DNA of 64,000 nt from the NCBI GenBank assembly GCA_965225915.1, contig OZ245326.1, forward strand, positions 3,634,057 through 3,698,056, in the 5' to 3' direction. The stretch is from a bacterium. GTDB lineage: Bacteria > JAAXHH01. Position numbers and translations under genes: made by a program. This document shows positions 43,414 through 54,112 of the stretch, in pieces (position 1 is the first letter of the stretch; every line of letters starts with the position of its first letter). The notes beneath the pieces were generated by a model. It saw only the letters and a list, made by a program, of their open reading frames with translations. It ran no database searches and was not told the origin of the DNA.

Positions 43414-45220
43414 CTACAGCACGTATGGCGGCAGTAGAGAACGGACTATGTTTTCCATTTCCTCGTTTATGTTCGCCGGTTCGGAGAAGAACTGCTTTGC
43501 GTGTCGCTGGTCATCGAAGTGCTGCCCCACCCCCAAGGTGTCCTCGATACGATCTGGAACCTTGGCGAGTCGGTTGCCGTTCAGGTTATCAAGGATTGGC
43601 GCCGTCTGTCCGTATGATTCAGGCTTGCCATCAAGTTCAAGCAGTACGCCATAGTCGCAGCCAAACGCATTCCAGCATCTTCTGAAACTTTGGTATGTCT
43701 CCTTTTCCATCCGCGACGACGATGGACAATCCGATCTCATCTGGTAAATCCTCGATTACGCCCAGCTTCCGGGCCGTCGCGATAATGCTGATCTCGTCCT
43801 CGGGGCCTTCCACGATTATGCAATCTCGAGCGAAAAATAGTTCGTTGTGCTTCAAGCCGAAGCTGGTCAGCAGCTTAAAGCCATTGCGCTCCTCGGCGGT
43901 TCCGAGAACGCCGACGGCGCATTGCCTTACAATCGTTCCGGTAGCAGTCTCTTTCCTAACAACGCCGATTCGTTCATATTGACTGATATCAACGAAGGCG
44001 GGCGCATGTGTTGTGTAGATGACCTGATCCGGGCTTAAAGTTTGATCGGCGTCGTCCGTCAGTCCGGCGAATTCCTTTAGAACCCGAAAAATGAGTCGTT
44101 GCGCATGCGGATGGATGTACAGCTCGGGCTCTTCAATCCCAAGTATGATCGGCCGCGCCTCCCTCTGCTGCTGGCCCGATTTGATCAGCATTTGCAGGAG
44201 TGCGAACACAATGCTACGCTGCATGCCGTGGCCTTTGGCAAGTACATCGGTGAGTACGCCATCATCAATTCTGATCGTGACTCCCTTTGAGAAAATCTCC
44301 TTGGCTTCTTCCACCTCGACAGCGAGTTGCACGCCATCGACGCTTGGCATGAGGCGCTTGACTGTGTCGCGCAAGGAGATTTCCACGCTTGAGAGCGCCT
44401 CAAGACGTTGTGGCTCTTCCCCCTCACCAGGAGGATTCAATAGTTGACGCAGTTTGGTTAGTGTTGTTTCGATTTCGTCATACCGAGGATCGGTTCGCAA
44501 AATCCGGTCAGCAAGATCAGCCATCAAGCGCCGAAAGACCGTTGACGAAGAACGCCGATCTATTTCGTCAGAATAGTCGGTGATGGCCGGTAGAAGGTAG
44601 AACTCCGGCAATGATGCTAGTAAATTTTGTTGGATGCCCAACGCTTGTGTTTGGCCAAGTTCAGGCGCGTCATACTCGATGTCGTCTCGTTCATACAGAA
44701 GCTCTGATAACCCAGACTCGTAGCTAGCTTTGTTGACCTTGCCATCTTCACCGCGAACGTAATCAAGAATGCCGTGTTCGGTAGCAATCTCCTCCCATTT
44801 GGGGCGGGTTCCCTTCTCCGAGATAACCTTTACTGTTGACAGCCACCAGTCCCGTGGCTCGGCGCGATAGCCGTGATATTCCGCTGTGACCTTCGTCTTT
44901 CCACTTCGTTCGTCTTGTGTGATTTCAAGCCGTTTTTGAAGGATCAGGTGATCGCCGATCAGGTAAGTACGCAGGCGTTTCCGTTCGCTGTCGGATAGAC
45001 CACCAAACTCCGCCTCAATTATTGATTGCTGCGCGGGATCGTTGAAGTCATCTGGTGTCATACCGCCAGCAGCAGCGGAAAGAAAGCAGTCAATCGCCAG
45101 CAGGATGTTCGATTTACCCGCGTTATTTTCCCCGACAAATCCTTGAAGCGGCTCAACGCGCAGCTCTTCTATATTTTTGATCGACCGGTAATTTCTGATG
45201 TTCAGCCTTAACAGTTGCAT
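43414..45220 (-). CDS. OLD-family ATP-dependent nuclease (ABC ATPase + TOPRIM), with one +1 frameshift near 43672
   Basis: NYRSI, GENNAGKSN, GHGMQR, IEEPELYIHP, TTH and TOPRIM IIVEGPED; removing one G joins the ORF to the 43414-43740 frame (NAFGCDYGVLLELD...). Confidence 0.8.
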
Positions 45221-45306
45221 GGAGAGTTCCCTTCCTGTTTGCCATTTGCCGAACGACCACCTTAGTATCTGCCATCAATAATACCCCATCACATCGTCGG
45301 GCTTTA

Positions 45307-46075
45307 TTACTTTGATATAGCGGGCCGGGTTCGCCATCGTCGAGCGCTTTGAAATGAACCTCGCCACAGGCGATCTTCGCGACTTCCTTGTCGCACAGGT
45401 CGTCGGTGAACAGGCTGCCCTTGGATTCCACTACGAAGTACAGGCACTCCTACCCGGCCTCGGTCGAACAGGACGGCCCAGTCCGGGTTGTAGGTTCCAA
45501 GCGGTGTCGGAACTTTGAACCAGCTGGCGAGCTTGGCGTAGACCTTCATGGCATCGTTCTTCTCCAAGCTGTTCCGCAACGGTTCGCATCACGGTGCTCG
45601 GGTCGAAAACAACATACTCGTAAACCGACTTCCCGGCGTCTTTCAGCATGTTCGTGAGATAGCCCGTCAGTTCCTTCTGTTCGAAGAGCTTCTGGGCATA
45701 GAAATAATCGTCAGCGGAGCCTCTGGTATTTGATGCCGTCCACCATTGCCAGGCCTTTCGTCTGGTTGATAATCTCGCCGGCCAGATCAATTAAAGGCAT
45801 ACGGATTGCGCTTAAAGTCTGTGAGGCAACCGCTCTCGGTCAGAATGCGCACAACGCTCCGGCGGGTGAGGTGCGTCCTGTCTTGGAGATCGGTCAGCAA
45901 ATCGGGAAGCGCTATATCACCTTCCTCAATGGTGACCGGCGGCCCTGCACTGGAGGTTTCGTTCGCCAGAACACCGTCATGACCGATGGCAATATCGGCC
46001 TTGCGGTTGATGATGCGCACCTTCGGGATTGGTGGCCCTCACGTAATCGCCTTGGCGAAATCCGTTATGTTAATC
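45307..46075 (-). pseudogene. Type III restriction endonuclease (Res) C-terminal remnant
   Basis: LPDLLTDLQD.T.LTR, KSVYEYVVFD, VYAKL..WFKVPTPLGTYNPDWA and KIACG..HF.AL in shifting frames. Confidence 0.8.
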
Positions 46076-46592
46076 GGGAGGAGACTGCTCCGGGAATTGC
46101 CCCGTCTTTTCCGTCCCGTAATATCGTTGCACATGCTTACGCGACCGGCCGATCTTCAGCAGGTCGCGCAACTTGAAGTAATCGAATCCCTAATAATCAA
46201 AATGAAATCACATGATAGACCAATCGTTACTACAGCCACGTACTTCTATGGCATCAGTCGTAGATGATGTTATCTCCTTTGGGGCACATTTCGGGCTATA
46301 AAGGAAGTGTTACAAGCAAAATACCGACATTCTGATATTTTAGGAAAGTTATTATAAGAGGGATTAAGGCAACCACCTAAACAGGACATGATACTGATAG
46401 TTAAGGAAAACGCCCACGATTCCATCTAGGTTTTCTCACTCGTGCCATAGGCAGCAGGATGATGAAACACCACGAAGGAAATTAGTTCGCGGTCGTTCAA
46501 ACTACGATATCCCAAGATTTACCCTCATGTCCAGGTATTTCCTTTCGTATGTAATTCTCACTACTCACCTACCTCTGTTTCCCTTTCAGTCC

Positions 46593-47527
46593 TCACGCCT
46601 CCAACCTCTCAACCCGATGCAACCTGTCTTGAAGGGTGGGATGGGTGAGGAGCTTAGCAACGAATTTTCGAGGGGGTTTCAGGCTGTCGTTCAATTGATA
46701 CAGGCGGTGCAGGGTTTGCTTGTATCGCTTTTTGCCCACCCATCAAGCCGCGGTTGCGTCCGCCTGGTTTTCGTGTCGTCGCGACAAGGGGAACAGGACC
46801 AGGAGCAACAACAGGTAGATATTGGCCATGCTGAGTCCGCCGGTCACCCACATTCTCAGGGATTCATCCAGGGACTCGAGATAGGCGTTGAATTCGATCG
46901 CGTACAAGAACGCCTGTACCGCACAGAGCCACAGGACGAAGGCCAGAAACATCCTGGGCAGTTGATTGTGTCTGGCATGAGCGAGTTCGTTGGCGAAAAC
47001 TGCCATGATCTCTTCTTCGTTCATTCTCTCCAAGAGTTTGTCGGTGAAGAAGGCGTATCGGCCCCTGCGGAACAGGCCGGCTATGACCGCGTTGGCCGTC
47101 CTTCCTCTTATGGCGTAGATCTTTACCGCCCTGAAGTCCATCTCGTTCACGGACCACAGGCGCTTCAGGGTGGGGTCTATCCTTTCGTCCTTCAATTCGT
47201 AGGCATGATAGATGAGCCGAATCTGGTAGGGATAGCTGAAGTACGCGCAGGCATTGCCGAAGATGGCGGATATGACGACCAGAATCACGATGGTAAATGA
47301 TCGCTTTCCCAGAAGCGTGGGGCTATCTCACCTACTGTATCGTGTAACAGGAACAGGACGCAGACGAGTACAATGGCCGCGACCACCATGCCGAATGTAG
47401 CCAGTCCCATGATCAAGCCGAATCCGACCAGCTTGTCGCGCCAGGTCAACGGGATCGTGTCGGATCGTGTCGTCAACGTCCGGGGTATTGCCTCCTGCAG
47501 CAGGTTCCTTGTGGTTGGCGGCATCAT
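46593..47527 (-). pseudogene. M48 (HtpX/Ste24-like) membrane peptidase pseudogene
   Basis: ANA...G, HExxH mutated to NELAH, SRRHE..AD, THP...R; frameshift near 47290 and TGA at 46743. Confidence 0.75.
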
Positions 47528-47852
47528 TCATTTTAAGTCTCCGTTTTACCGATCAGGTCGAGTACATCCGGATGAACCCGTGCGTGATCGCACAGGTATG
47601 TCCTGTCCCCGGATGTCCATCTGGCCGTACTATCCCCAACACACTCTGACTGTGCATTGCATTAAGCCGATCCTGCTTGCCCATTCACGACCCACTGTGA
47701 TAATCGTTTGAAATGAATACGAGTGCATAGACAGGTAAAAAGTATCCGGGCCATAGTGAAGCGACCCGATCGTCCATGCGAACAGATGATTCTCCCGCGT
47801 CGAATGGTTGACTGGAAGATGCCAACTGTTCAGAGTGAAAAATCAGAGAGTG

Positions 47853-48437
47853 TCAATTCAGAAATCCAGCTGAGCAGTCGGTGTTTTCTTGACAGGAACC
47901 TTTTAGATCAACCGGTTCATATATTCCAACTAAACTGGATACACGTTTCCATCCGACAGGTCCAGACGTGTCGGCGACGGTAGTAAGAAAACATCCGCAA
48001 AGGGTGTCATTGTCCTGTACATTCAAACGAAGTAAAGTCGAACTCTCTCGTTTTAAGCCTGTTTCTTTGTATTGAAGCACCAATTGATCAGGAGAAAAAA
48101 ACCGGCGTGTAATTGTACCAGTTACTTCGATGTTCGTTCGTCGGTCGCCATGATAATCTATTTTGTCTTGGGATGGACCGCGATCTGAGAGTTTTTCGCC
48201 GGTGCCCAAGAGTTTAAGATCATTCTGAGTAAGTAAAATCTGATATGTGACTTCAAGGTCTTGGAATGACCTATCTTCAGTATTTTGGTAAACGAGAGTA
48301 AACTTCCAACGACCTGTCATATCAGGTACAGGAGCAATGTAATCATTGTACACAAGATATCCGAATACTAGTGTAATTGTAGTCACAATCGCACTCAATG
48401 ACCTGTCAGCTAACCAAGCAAGTGTTCTTTTTATCAT
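47853..48437 (-). CDS. AT-rich membrane-anchored beta-barrel-like hypothetical protein
   Basis: One N-terminal TM segment, then PDMTGRW and a series of amphipathic beta-strands. Confidence 0.6.
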   Translation of the reverse strand: MIKRTLAWLADRSLSAIVTTITLVFGYLVYNDYIAPVPDMTGRWKFTLVYQNTEDRSFQDLEVTYQILLTQNDLKLLGTGEKLSDRGPSQDKIDYHGDRRTNIEVTGTITRRFFSPDQLVLQYKETGLKRESSTLLRLNVQDNDTLCGCFLTTVADTSGPVGWKRVSSLVGIYEPVDLKGSCQENTDCSAGFLN

Positions 48438-48483
48438 TTTTGGGAATTACATCGAAAGGTAAACGCTGTTGACATCGGGGGAC

Positions 48484-49740
48484 TGGAGTTGACCCGGTTT
48501 AGTGGACATGTAACTTCTTGTGTTTGAAAGGAGCGTGACATGCCCAGATCCCGTGCCCCCTATCCAGTGGCCTTCCGCCAGCAGATGGTCGATCTCGTTC
48601 GCTCCGGCCGCAGCCTGAGAAGCGCTGGCCAAGGAGTTCGAGCCCACCTGAGCAAGCCATCCGCAACTGGGTCAAACAGGACGACCTGGATCAAGGCAGG
48701 CGTGAAGACGGCCTGACTACCGAAGAACGGACCGAGCTGCGTCGTCTGCGCCGTGAAAACAGACAGCTCAGGATGGATCGGGAGATCCTGGCAAAAGCCG
48801 CGGCCTTACTTCGCCCGGGAGACCGAGACTCCGCCCGGGTCTTCTCGTTCATAAAGGCGCATCAGGCCTTTTATCGGGTTCGCCGGATGTGCTGTCTGCT
48901 GGATGTCTCCCCCAGCGGCTACTACGTCTGGCTCAGGCGATCCGTCTCCAGGAGGGCCAGAGAGGACGCTATGCTACTTAGCCGGATCCGCTTGATCCAT
49001 GAACGCTCCTACGGTACCTACGGGGCGCCGCGCATCCATGCGGAACTGCGTGAGTCGGGCATACGCGCAGGACGCAAACGCGTGGCCCGCCTGATGCGCA
49101 TGGCCGCGATCAGCGGAGTATCACGCCGCAGAGCCGTGCGCACTACCTGGCGATCCGAAGAGGGCAGGAAGGCTCCGGATCTGGTCAACCGGAACTTCAC
49201 CGCTCCGGCCAGGGACAGGTTGTGGGTAGCCGATATCACCTACGTGCCGACCCATGCGGGCTTCCTCTACCTCTCGGTGGTCATAGACGCCTCAGTCGCC
49301 GCGTCGTCGGCTGGTCCATGGCCAACCACCTGCGAAGCGAACTGGTCTCGGACGCCTTGGATATGGCCCTTGGCCAGCGTAAACCTGACGAGGTGATCCA
49401 CCACAGCGACCAGGGATCACAGTACACCTCGGTGGCCTTCGGAAAAAGATGCAGACAGGCTGGCGTCAGACCGTCCATGGGTTCGGTCGACGACTGCTAT
49501 GACAACGCCCTGTAAAGAGAGCTTCTTCGCCAGCATGGAATGCGAACTGCTTGATCGCGGGCGTTTTGCCACAAAAACCGACGCCAGACTCGCCCTGTTC
49601 CAATACATCGAGGGCTTCTACAACACCAGGAGACGCCACTCTTCCCTTGGATACCTCTCACCCATGAACTTCGAAAGGAGGTTCAAGAAAACTGCCTGAA
49701 TCCCAAATGGTAAACCGTCCACAAAAACGGGGTAACATCA
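48484..49740 (+). mobile_element. IS3-family element, frameshifted
   Basis: TG...CA ends TGGAGTTGACCCGGTTTAGTGGAC and GTCCACAAAAACGGGGTAACATCA; YGAPRI, WVADITY and HHSDQGSQY motifs. Confidence 0.9.
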
Positions 49741-49936
49741 GCCGGGAGACGCTCTTCAGAATACTCGATAGGGTCTTAGCTTTGATCGGATTGTGCAGCG
49801 GGATTACTTCGTGGTGTTCACCATTTACTTGGGTTGTGATTCGCACGTGCGAGCCCCGTTGGCGCACAGCCTCGTAGCCCAGTCGTCGAAGCGACACTTG
49901 TAGGGTCTCGCCGTTCACGTTGCGAGGCAACTTCAT
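49741..49936 (-). pseudogene. hicA: HicA-family toxin truncated by IS3
   Basis: LGY...RQRGSHVR...IPLH..I...TL.SIL; the C-terminus runs into the IS end. Confidence 0.8.
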
Positions 49937-50145
49937 GCCACGACGACCTCATCGCGAACGAAATGCAGGCGAATCATCTTGGGCCGCGGCATAATGCTAT
50001 CGAAGTAGCATTCTACGGCTTCTTTGACGTTACGACGGATATCTTCTAGTGAGTCGCCCTGGGTGTGAATACCATATCCCAGTGCGCTGGCTGAATATCC
50101 GCCGTCCACTTCGTCTTCTGTGATCTCAAAAATTATCTCTGTCAT
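49933..50145 (-). CDS. hicB: HicB-like antitoxin
   Basis: EIIFEI.ED..GGYSA.A....IHTQGDSLED.R.NVKEAV.CYF; 4-bp overlap with hicA. Confidence 0.78.
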   Translation of the reverse strand: MTEIIFEITEDEVDGGYSASALGYGIHTQGDSLEDIRRNVKEAVECYFDSIMPRPKMIRLHFVRDEVVVA

Positions 50146-50757
50146 GACGTCTCTCCTTCTGTTTTGCCGACGCCCAGGGACTGAAGCCCGCAGCCCCTGT
50201 AGTATCCCGTTCAATGCGCCTTGATACGAGGTAGACCAGTACCCCGAAATGATCAAGGGAAAAACACCTAAAGGGGGTCAGGACGGACGCATGCTGGAAG
50301 GGTAAGGGGTGGAAATCCACCTGTCAACAACAACACTGTATCTTGAGTAAAACCTTTCTAATTCGGAACTTTTGTTACAGAAGGGGATTCCATGCGTAAG
50401 ACACAGTATATGGTGGGGATTGCATCTGGACAACGGTATAAGGCCGTCCGGTGTTCGGTCGCCGGATCTGGTTCCTACTTACCGGACGGCATGCGGCCCA
50501 AGGATGCCACTCCGTATAACAGTCCTTATTTAACTTAACGTCAGATCTCGCGTCTAACGCACGATCTACGCTCGAGGCAGGGTCCAGGATACCCTCGAGG
50601 GGATAGTCGGGTGGCTAAAGGGATTATTGTAAGCCTGGGGAAAGCCGTAGCGTGTTTCAGGAGGGCTGTAAAAGGTACGGGGGTACGGTTTGGACTGATG
50701 TGGATTAGTGGGCGCGGGTGTGGGTTTTGGCGCGCCCTGGGGGGGGGATTAAGAGTC

Positions 50758-50943
50758 CTATTCGGTAAGGCCGAATATAGCCTTCACGTTATTGATATGT
50801 CTTTCCATTTCCCTCTCGTATTCCGCGCGTTGATACTCAAGGACTCCGATCTCTTGGTTTATTTTAGAGATCCCATCCTTACACACGGAGATCGCCTCCT
50901 TACTATTCTTCAGTTGATCGATTTCCAATTCTGTCATGTTCAT
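50758..50943 (-). CDS. Small coiled-coil hypothetical protein
   Basis: 61-aa heptad-rich ORF with a GGGG RBS-like sequence. Confidence 0.4.
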   Translation of the reverse strand: MNMTELEIDQLKNSKEAISVCKDGISKINQEIGVLEYQRAEYEREMERHINNVKAIFGLTE

Positions 50944-51142
50944 TCCCCGCCATTAGTTAAGAGATTCACTCATTACGGGCTATTTCCTATCCAGATAATA
51001 ATCGAGCTAGCTCTCCGATTCCGATCTGGGTTGTTTCTTCGAGGCTATCCATCCGACTACGGCCAGGACTACAACCGCACCAAGTGCCATCAATTTTTTC
51101 ATATACCCTTTCCTCCTTTCGTTGTCAAACTTACGTTTCACG

Positions 51143-51394
51143 CTACGCGATCTCCGGCAGGCCCTTCCGCGGCGAACAGTTCGTTCAACGCCTCGGCCAA
51201 GCAATCCTGAACGGTCCGGTCCTCTTCCAGGGCGATCTGCTTCAATTGCTTCCGGACGGCGGGGGGAAACGGCCGGCGATAAGGACCCTCGTGTCGTGTT
51301 CGGGTTGCGGTGGCGAGACTCCCGCTGGTTTTTTCTCGGCCGCTGGGCGGGTCACGTCCTGCATGGCCTTGCGCAGGTCAGGTCGTTTTGCCAT
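51143..51394 (-). pseudogene. Ribbon-helix-helix (ParB/ParG-like) partition protein, frameshifted
   Basis: GGAGG-ATG; MAKRPDL...VLIAGRF / AVRKQLKQIALEEDRTVQDCLAEALNELF; directly downstream of parA. Confidence 0.7.
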
Positions 51395-51405
51395 ACCGCC
51401 TCCTA

Positions 51406-51453
51406 TACTTGTCTACTTGTATACGGATTTACTGACATACTTGTATACGTGTA
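51406..51453. repeat. Six tandem 8-bp TACTTGTA-like repeats
   Basis: TACTTGTC TACTTGTA TACGGATT TACTGACA TACTTGTA TACGTGTA. Confidence 0.75.
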
Positions 51454-52038
51454 TGATCTCGACCGCCGCCTTGCCCCTCGGTTCGAATTCCTGGGCGGTC
51501 AGCCCAAGTGTGCTGGCATGATCGAACGCGGCGCGATAACCAAAAACCGCAGGACAGACCGTAACCCCCATCGTTTCAGGAACCTCACGGGCTTGATCGA
51601 GTCTATTCCCCCTGGCCGGTGCACCGTTTAAGCACGACAACCATCCTCCGCTCGCCGACAGATCGAACCAGATCGACGGTCGTGGCGACGGTTTCCAGAT
51701 CGACAACCGAAGGCCTGCATGGAATGACAACCAGGTCAAGCCGCTTTTGCAGCTCCCCTGACCGCTTGCTCGGCACGTGGTGGGGTGTCGATAAACGTCA
51801 ATGACGCCCCTGCTGTTTCAGCTGCAGTAAGAACGGCCTCGAGACGTGCCGGCGGCGACGAGGCTACCACCGGCGTATCAGCTTCGCGACGTTTGGCCCA
51901 TCGGTATGCGGAGGCCTGTGGATCCATATCGACAACAGCCGATGTCCTGCCGTCACGTTCAGCGGCGACCGCCAGCCTAAGGCACAACGTCGATTTTCCG
52001 GATCCGCCCTTCTGGGTTATGAGCGCTATAACTCTTAT
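51413..52038 (-). pseudogene. parA: Short plasmid-type ParA ATPase pseudogene
   Basis: QKGGSGKST, VDMDPQAS, IDTPP, VIPCRPS and P.GKAA.EI; start codon reads ATA; several frameshifts. Confidence 0.85.
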
Positions 52039-52069
52039 ACGAGTAAACTTGTATACTCTTATACGGGTG
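52030..52069. repeat. Five tandem 8-bp repeats over the parA start
   Basis: AACTCTTA TACGAGTA AACTTGTA TACTCTTA TACGGGTG. Confidence 0.6.
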
Positions 52070-52214
52070 AGGTGTCAACTCCAGTGGTTTGGAACTGTAG
52101 CGGATCTGGATTTATGCACTCAGATCGGTCTCTTCTACGGCGTTGATATCCGAACCCAAACCGGTCATAGATTGATAGAAAAGCTTGGGTGACTTCTTCA
52201 CATTCCAAAAACAA

Positions 52215-52436
52215 CTAACCGTCGACGACAGCTACGTCCAAGACTGTTGCCGAACATTGTGGATGGGGAACGGGCTCGCCGTGTTCAAGCAAACTCTGGA
52301 TATGAAAAGCTATAGCTTGACGCATCTCCCTGACGACATCCTGTCTGGTAGGCCCTGTTGCAATGCATCCAGGCAGGTCCGGAACGTAGGCGGCATAGTT
52401 GCTCGTCGATTTTTCAATAACTATTGTAAATCGCAT
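52215..52436 (-). CDS. hicB: HicB family antitoxin
   Basis: YAAYVPDLPGCIATG.T......M.QAI.FHI......GEPVP. Confidence 0.9.
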   Translation of the reverse strand: MRFTIVIEKSTSNYAAYVPDLPGCIATGPTRQDVVREMRQAIAFHIQSLLEHGEPVPHPQCSATVLDVAVVDG

Positions 52437-52442
52437 ATGTCG

Positions 52443-52634
52443 TCACTCCCTCAGTCCGGCCTGTTTCATGACGCTCGTCCACGTACCCCGTGGAAGATCA
52501 TCACTTGGCTTACCGGATATGGTCACAGTTCCTTGTTTGTCGTTATGCCTGTACTGTCGGTGACTACCGCTGGTCCGTACCAAACGCCAACCGCCCTTTT
52601 CGATTAAGCGGATTGCCTCCCGTACTTTGGGCAT
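52443..52634 (-). CDS. hicA: HicA family toxin
   Basis: GW.LVRTSGSHRQY.H....G.VTI......DL..GT..S..KQAGL. Confidence 0.9.
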   Translation of the reverse strand: MPKVREAIRLIEKGGWRLVRTSGSHRQYRHNDKQGTVTISGKPSDDLPRGTWTSVMKQAGLRE

Positions 52635-52841
52635 AGCCCGATTCCGTTAGTGTTGGTTTGGGAAACCGGAGATCAATCCGTGTATTGACTAAGTTTTGAT
52701 AAAGTATAAACGAACCAAACGACGTTTGGCAAGCAGTGAAGTCCCAGGAAGTGTCTGTAATCCTTTGACGGTAGATCAGAGACCCTATCATAACCTCTGC
52801 ATTTGAGAACGCCTGGCAACTCAAGCTACATCGACAAGAAC

Positions 52842-54112
52842 TGTAGTGCACCCCAAAATGGGACAACCAGTTAAGCTACTGTTTTAACACGTGTGGTCAT
52901 TTGCTCGAACTCAGCAGGTGGTGTGTAGTCCAGTGCTGAGTGCAAGCGTTTACGATTGTAGAGGTTGTCGATGAAGTAGCCGATACGGGATCGGGCTTCT
53001 TCAAGGGATTCGTACTCGTAGAGATAGACCTCCTCGTATTTGAGGGTTCTGATGAAGCGTTCTGCTTTTGCGTTGTCATAGGGATTGCCGCGCCGGCTCA
53101 TGCTGATCTGTATGCCTTCCTTCTTGAGGGTTTCGACATAGGCATTGGAGGCATACTGCACACCCCGGTCCGAGTGATGCACCAGCCCTTCCGGCACCGA
53201 TCTGGAAGCAAGAGCGCTGTGCAGAGCATTAAGGGTCAGGCTGGCATCGAGTGTTCGCTCCAGAGCCCAGCCGATGCATCTTCTGCTGTAGGCGTCGAGT
53301 ACCACGGCCAGATAGACCCACTCTCGTGCCAGCCTTATGTAGGTGATGTCGGATACCCACAGCTGGTTGACGCCGGTTAGGTTCAGTCCCGGTACCAGGT
53401 TGGCGTAGACGGCGCGATCGTGGTTCGAGTCGGTGGTCGATACGAAAGCTTTACGCCGCAGGACAAGCAGATTGTCCTCGCGCATGAGGCGCAGGATCCG
53501 CTTGTGGTTCACAGGGTATCCAAGACGCTGCAGCGCGCGGGTCATGGGACGGTAACCGTAGGAGGGCCAGGAAAGGGCGAGCCTATGGATCCTGTCCCGC
53601 AGTTCAAGATCCGGATCGGGGCGACCACTACGGCCGCGGTAGTAGCTGGATCGACCGATCGAGAGCGTCTTGCAGAGCCTCTTGACCACGGTACAGTCTG
53701 CGGCTACCTGCTTCTGCGCGACCAGGGAGATCATGAACTGCCTCCATTGCCTCGGGCTGAGCGTGGGATCTCCTTAGGGCCGACTCAAAACTTTTTTTAA
53801 CAGGTCGTTCTCCATGGTCAACTGACCGACTTTACGTTCCAAGGCCACGATCCGGGCCTCGTCCGAGACCGCCCTGCCGTTGCCGGGGAAAGCCCGCTCA
53901 CCCTGACGGCGAAGCTGTTGACGCCAGCGATGGATCAACGTGGGATGGACCTGATGTTCACGAGCCAGTTGACTGATCGACTTGCCCGAATCGGCTTCCT
54001 GGAGGACCTGGAGTTTGAACTCGCGGGTAAACTGACGGCGTTTCAGAGTCATGATGTGCCTCCTCGATCAGAAGGAAGCTTAACTCTGTGTCCCGGTCAA
54101 GGGTGCAGTACA
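52842..54112 (-). mobile_element. IS3-family element (orfA 53774-54052, orfB 52871-53734)
   Basis: IRs TGTAGTGCACCCC..GGGACA and TGTCCCGGTCAAGGGTGCAGTACA; WVSDITY, HHSDRG.QY and NAKAERF DDE motifs; A7G slippery site near 53791-53798. Confidence 0.93.

Noticed and set aside
46743-46745. In-frame TGA in the M48 peptidase as recoding
   Set aside because: Not a Cys position; the gene also has a frameshift and a lost zinc-ligand His.
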